64,000 bases of DNA from an uncultured Spirochaetaceae bacterium (lineage in GTDB: Bacteria > Myxococcota_A > UBA9160 > UBA4427), in assembly GCA_964515335.1 (NCBI GenBank), contig CAZETS010000023.1, positions 1,901 through 65,900 of the forward strand, written 5' to 3'. The notes below the pieces were generated by a model, which was not told the DNA's origin, did no database searches, and worked only from the letters and a program-made list of their open reading frames with translations. The translations under genes and the position numbers were made by a program. Below are positions 61,756-64,000 of the stretch, in pieces. Every line of letters begins with the position of its first letter. The first letter of the stretch is position 1.

Positions 61756-62547
61756 TCAGTCGATCCCGCCCAGATCGTCCAGGAACGCGCTCTCGACGAT
61801 GTCTGCCTCGGCCTGCTCGTGGGTCAGCAGGTCGAGGGCCAGCGTCCGGAAGGTGTCTCGCGCCGTCGACCAGGCGTGGGCCGTCCCCGCGGCCTGCTCG
61901 GTCTCCTTGACGAGAGCGTCCATGCGGCGGTTGAACACGGCGTGCTGCTGCATCAGCCCGGTCGCCTGGCGGCTGAATCTCGGCGCGGCGGTCAGCGCCT
62001 CGGCCAGGTAGCCGCCGCGCTCCTCCAGCTCGAAGCGCACCGGAAGGTGGCGGCCCAGGTCGCCCAGCAGGGCGAGGGCGCTGGCCACGTCGGTCGCCGT
62101 GGTGCCGGCCTCGGAGGTCTGCTGGGCCGCCATGTCGTTGAGCACGTGCAGCACGTTGAAGACAGTGCGGCGCAGGCTCGAGTGGTGGCTGCGGAGCTGG
62201 TGGATGTAGTCGACGGGGAAGTCCGCGGAGCAAGCCGTGCAGTTCACCGTATAGGGCAGCTGCTGGAGCCGCTCGGCCGCGATCGTCCCGCCGCACTGCA
62301 GGCAGCAGTCGTACTCGCGCGAGTCGATGCGTCGCAGCGCGCTCTCGATCAGGGCAATCTCGCGCGACAGCGACTCGAGGAAGTCCGACACGATCTCGAT
62401 GCCGGTGGAGGCGGACGGAGCGCGGCTGCGGGCGTCGTCGGGCGACGAGCCGTGCCGCTCCAGGTCGTTCTCGATCTGGGTGAGACGACGCAGCAGCTCT
62501 GCGTGACGCGAAGACAGCTCGGATCGGGCGCTCGCGTAGTCGTTCAC
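61756..62547 (-). CDS. DksA/TraR-type C4 zinc-finger protein fused to a C-terminal His/Glu-rich helical domain
   Basis: Only the last 263 codons of track ORF 61756..63723 are credible. In-frame GTG 62547 (VNDYASARSELSSRHAELLRRLTQIENDLE is the coiled-coil part). Zinc finger C-x2-C-x17-C-x2-C: CLQCGGTIAAERLQQLPYTVNCTAC. A ~150-aa extra domain follows: LRSHHSSLRRTVFNVLHVLND...QQHAVFNRRMDALVKE...LLTHEQAEADIV. Confidence 0.68.
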   Translation of the reverse strand: MNDYASARSELSSRHAELLRRLTQIENDLERHGSSPDDARSRAPSASTGIEIVSDFLESLSREIALIESALRRIDSREYDCCLQCGGTIAAERLQQLPYTVNCTACSADFPVDYIHQLRSHHSSLRRTVFNVLHVLNDMAAQQTSEAGTTATDVASALALLGDLGRHLPVRFELEERGGYLAEALTAAPRFSRQATGLMQQHAVFNRRMDALVKETEQAAGTAHAWSTARDTFRTLALDLLTHEQAEADIVESAFLDDLGGID

Positions 62548-62672
62548 CTTGGCCCCCGGTGTGTATCCCGAGAGTCTTACGAGGACCCGGTTCCGGCGCA
62601 ATCGGAAGTTCCCGCGCAGGCCCGTGGGGCAAGTGAGGCGGCGCCCCGCGAGGAGCGCGCCCGTCGGGCCGC

Positions 62673-64000
62673 CTACATGAACGAGGGACGCTCGCCGATC
62701 ACCTGCCGCTCGCGCAGCTTTCCCCGCGCCGTGGCGTCGAGTCCGAGATCGTCGGCGAGCACCTCGTCGTTGTGCTCGCCGAGCGTCGGAGGCGTGCGCC
62801 GGTGGAGCGCGCGGGGCCAGCCGGAGAAGCGCATCGGCCAGCCGGGATAGCGGGTCTCGCCGGTCCGGGGATGACGCATCGCCTGGAAGAAGCGCCGGTG
62901 CTCGAGCTGAGCGTGCGGATGAAGCGCGTGAGCGTTCACCAGGTGTTCGGCCGGAAGGCCGGCCTCCTGCATCCGCGTGACGATCGTGTCCGCGTCGTGC
63001 TGCGTCGTCCACGCCTCGATGCGCGCATCGAGCTCGTCGTGGTGCCGCCGCCGGCCGTCGGCTGTGACGAGATCGTCGCGGGCCGCGAGGTCGTCGGCTC
63101 CGATCAGCGTGCAGAGGGAGCGCCACGCGTCGTCGTCGGGGATCGCCACGGCGACGAGCGCCTCTTCGTCGGCGCTCGCATACACGCCCTGCGGCGCCGC
63201 GAAGGGACTGCGGTTCTCGTCGCGGGAGAGCAGCACCCCGTTCTGCGAGTGCTCGATGACCTGTTCGGCGGCGAGATTCATCGCGACCTCGACGAGCGGC
63301 ACCTCGACGAGCTGCCCCTCTCCGGTGCGGCGCCGGTGCTCGAGCGCGGCGTAGAGCGCGAACACTGCGTGCATGCCGCCCACGGGATCGCAGAAGCCGC
63401 GGGGGACCAGCGGCAGGTCGGGGTAGCCCGTGATCCAAGCGAGACCGCTCACCTGCTCGACCGTCATCGCGAAGCCGGCGCGGTCGCGCCAGGGGCCGTC
63501 GAGCCCGAAGGCGGGCATGCGCACGAGGATCGCGCGCGGGTTGAGGGCGTGGACGTCCTCCCAGCCGAGGCCGAAGTTCTCGAGCACCCGGGCCGAGAAG
63601 TTCTCGATCACGACATCGGCGCCGGCAATCAGCCGTCGGACCAGCGCGACGCCTTCGTCGTCGTCGAGGCGAAGCGTGATGCCACGCTTCCCCGTGTTGG
63701 CGCCGTGGAAGACCGGTGACCACTCCCAGAGGTCGGGCTTGCGCGCGGCGCCCGCGAAGCGCATGCCGTCCGGACGCTGGATCGACTCGACCTTCACGAC
63801 GTCGGCGCCCATGCTCGCGAGGTAGCTCGTCGCCATCGGGCCGGCCCAGAAGCAGGTGAGGTCGACGACGCGCAGACCTTCGAGCGGCAGCGCCGGCGCT
63901 GCGCCGGGCCCGTCGCGTTCCGCGGGCTCTGGTCGGCCCGCGGGCTCGGATGCGTGCCCGAAGCCGGGACGCGCGTCGCGAAGCTCGGCTTCGACCTCGG
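62673..64000 (-). CDS. Family III CoA-transferase (CaiB/BaiF); 5' end not resolved (reading frame stays open to the window edge)
   Basis: The track ORF begins at Met 63836 (MATSYLASMGADVVKVESIQRPDG...). My own translation upstream in the same frame gives ...ALPLEGLRVVDLTCFWAGP-MATSY..., the conserved N-terminal CaiB motif, so the true start is upstream of 63836. There is no ATG/GTG/TTG and no stop in frame up to 64000. Further blocks: ADVVIENFSARVLENFGLG, ILVRMPAFGLDGPW. Confidence 0.85.
   Translation of the reverse strand, partial: EVEAELRDARPGFGHASEPAGRPEPAERDGPGAAPALPLEGLRVVDLTCFWAGPMATSYLASMGADVVKVESIQRPDGMRFAGAARKPDLWEWSPVFHGANTGKRGITLRLDDDEGVALVRRLIAGADVVIENFSARVLENFGLGWEDVHALNPRAILVRMPAFGLDGPWRDRAGFAMTVEQVSGLAWITGYPDLPLVPRGFCDPVGGMHAVFALYAALEHRRRTGEGQLVEVPLVEVAMNLAAEQVIEHSQNGVLLSRDENRSPFAAPQGVYASADEEALVAVAIPDDDAWRSLCTLIGADDLAARDDLVTADGRRRHHDELDARIEAWTTQHDADTIVTRMQEAGLPAEHLVNAHALHPHAQLEHRRFFQAMRHPRTGETRYPGWPMRFSGWPRALHRRTPPTLGEHNDEVLADDLGLDATARGKLRERQVIGERPSFM

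Noticed and set aside
57806-62632. ORFs 57806-60640 (+), 60911-62632 (-) and the upstream part (62548-63723) of track ORF 61756..63723.
   Set aside because: Shadow frames of the autotransporter, TPR, zinc-finger and CoA-transferase genes.
1-64000. Checked the whole window for CRISPR arrays, tRNA/rRNA genes, IS elements, integrases, phage genes, toxin-antitoxin pairs and known defence-system hallmarks.
   Set aside because: None seen. There are no regularly spaced 25-40-bp repeats, no transposase/integrase/recombinase-like ORFs, no cloverleaf-compatible sequences in the short intergenic gaps, and no nuclease/helicase/reverse-transcriptase-type ORFs. The region looks like core chromosome rather than an island.

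Overview
About 64 kb of very GC-rich chromosomal DNA (by eye roughly 70% G+C, not computed). The organism looks like a diderm bacterium, because the window encodes a TonB-dependent receptor, a TolC-family protein, an autotransporter, DUF481 and OmpW-like barrels and a PEP-CTERM-tagged protein. The taxon cannot be fixed from this window. I call 49 protein-coding genes, densely packed on both strands, two of them truncated by the window edges. I saw no rRNA, tRNA, CRISPR array, transposase or integrase, and no phage or recognisable defence genes. The ORF track prints M for GTG/TTG starts (checked by reading codons at 22239, 21724, 20611 and 4735). It also contains many very long Arg/Ala/Pro/Gly-rich shadow ORFs typical of high-GC DNA. 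I rejected those and re-derived internal starts by residue counting inside the track ORFs, so coordinates read directly from the sequence text may be off by 1 nt. Most genes are ordinary: acyl-CoA and CoA-transferase metabolism, LLM/F420-type oxidoreductases, envelope proteins and stress proteins. The stand-out is 37.3-47.0 kb. There a tight operon encodes the complete 2-aminoethylphosphonate pathway: PEP mutase with the EDK-X5-NS box, phosphonopyruvate decarboxylase and a PhnW-type transaminase. The same operon carries two nucleotidyltransferase domains, a CdsA-family enzyme, a CDP-alcohol phosphotransferase and a PimA-like GT4. A GNAT and a second CDP-alcohol phosphotransferase are transcribed divergently from it. 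I interpret this as a candidate bacterial phosphonolipid (C-P lipid) assembly system. Secondary observations include a 4-unit 17-18 bp tandem repeat that places TGA in all three frames after a small ORF, and a TPR lipoprotein fused to a non-canonical sulfatase-like domain next to a PEP-CTERM protein. Others are a second Cys-containing C-terminal sorting-like tag, an MFP plus ABC-ATPase pair with no permease, and a DksA/TraR zinc finger fused to a His/Glu-rich helical domain upstream of a TPR-autotransporter pair. Several 21-bp-phased direct repeats sit in divergent promoter regions.
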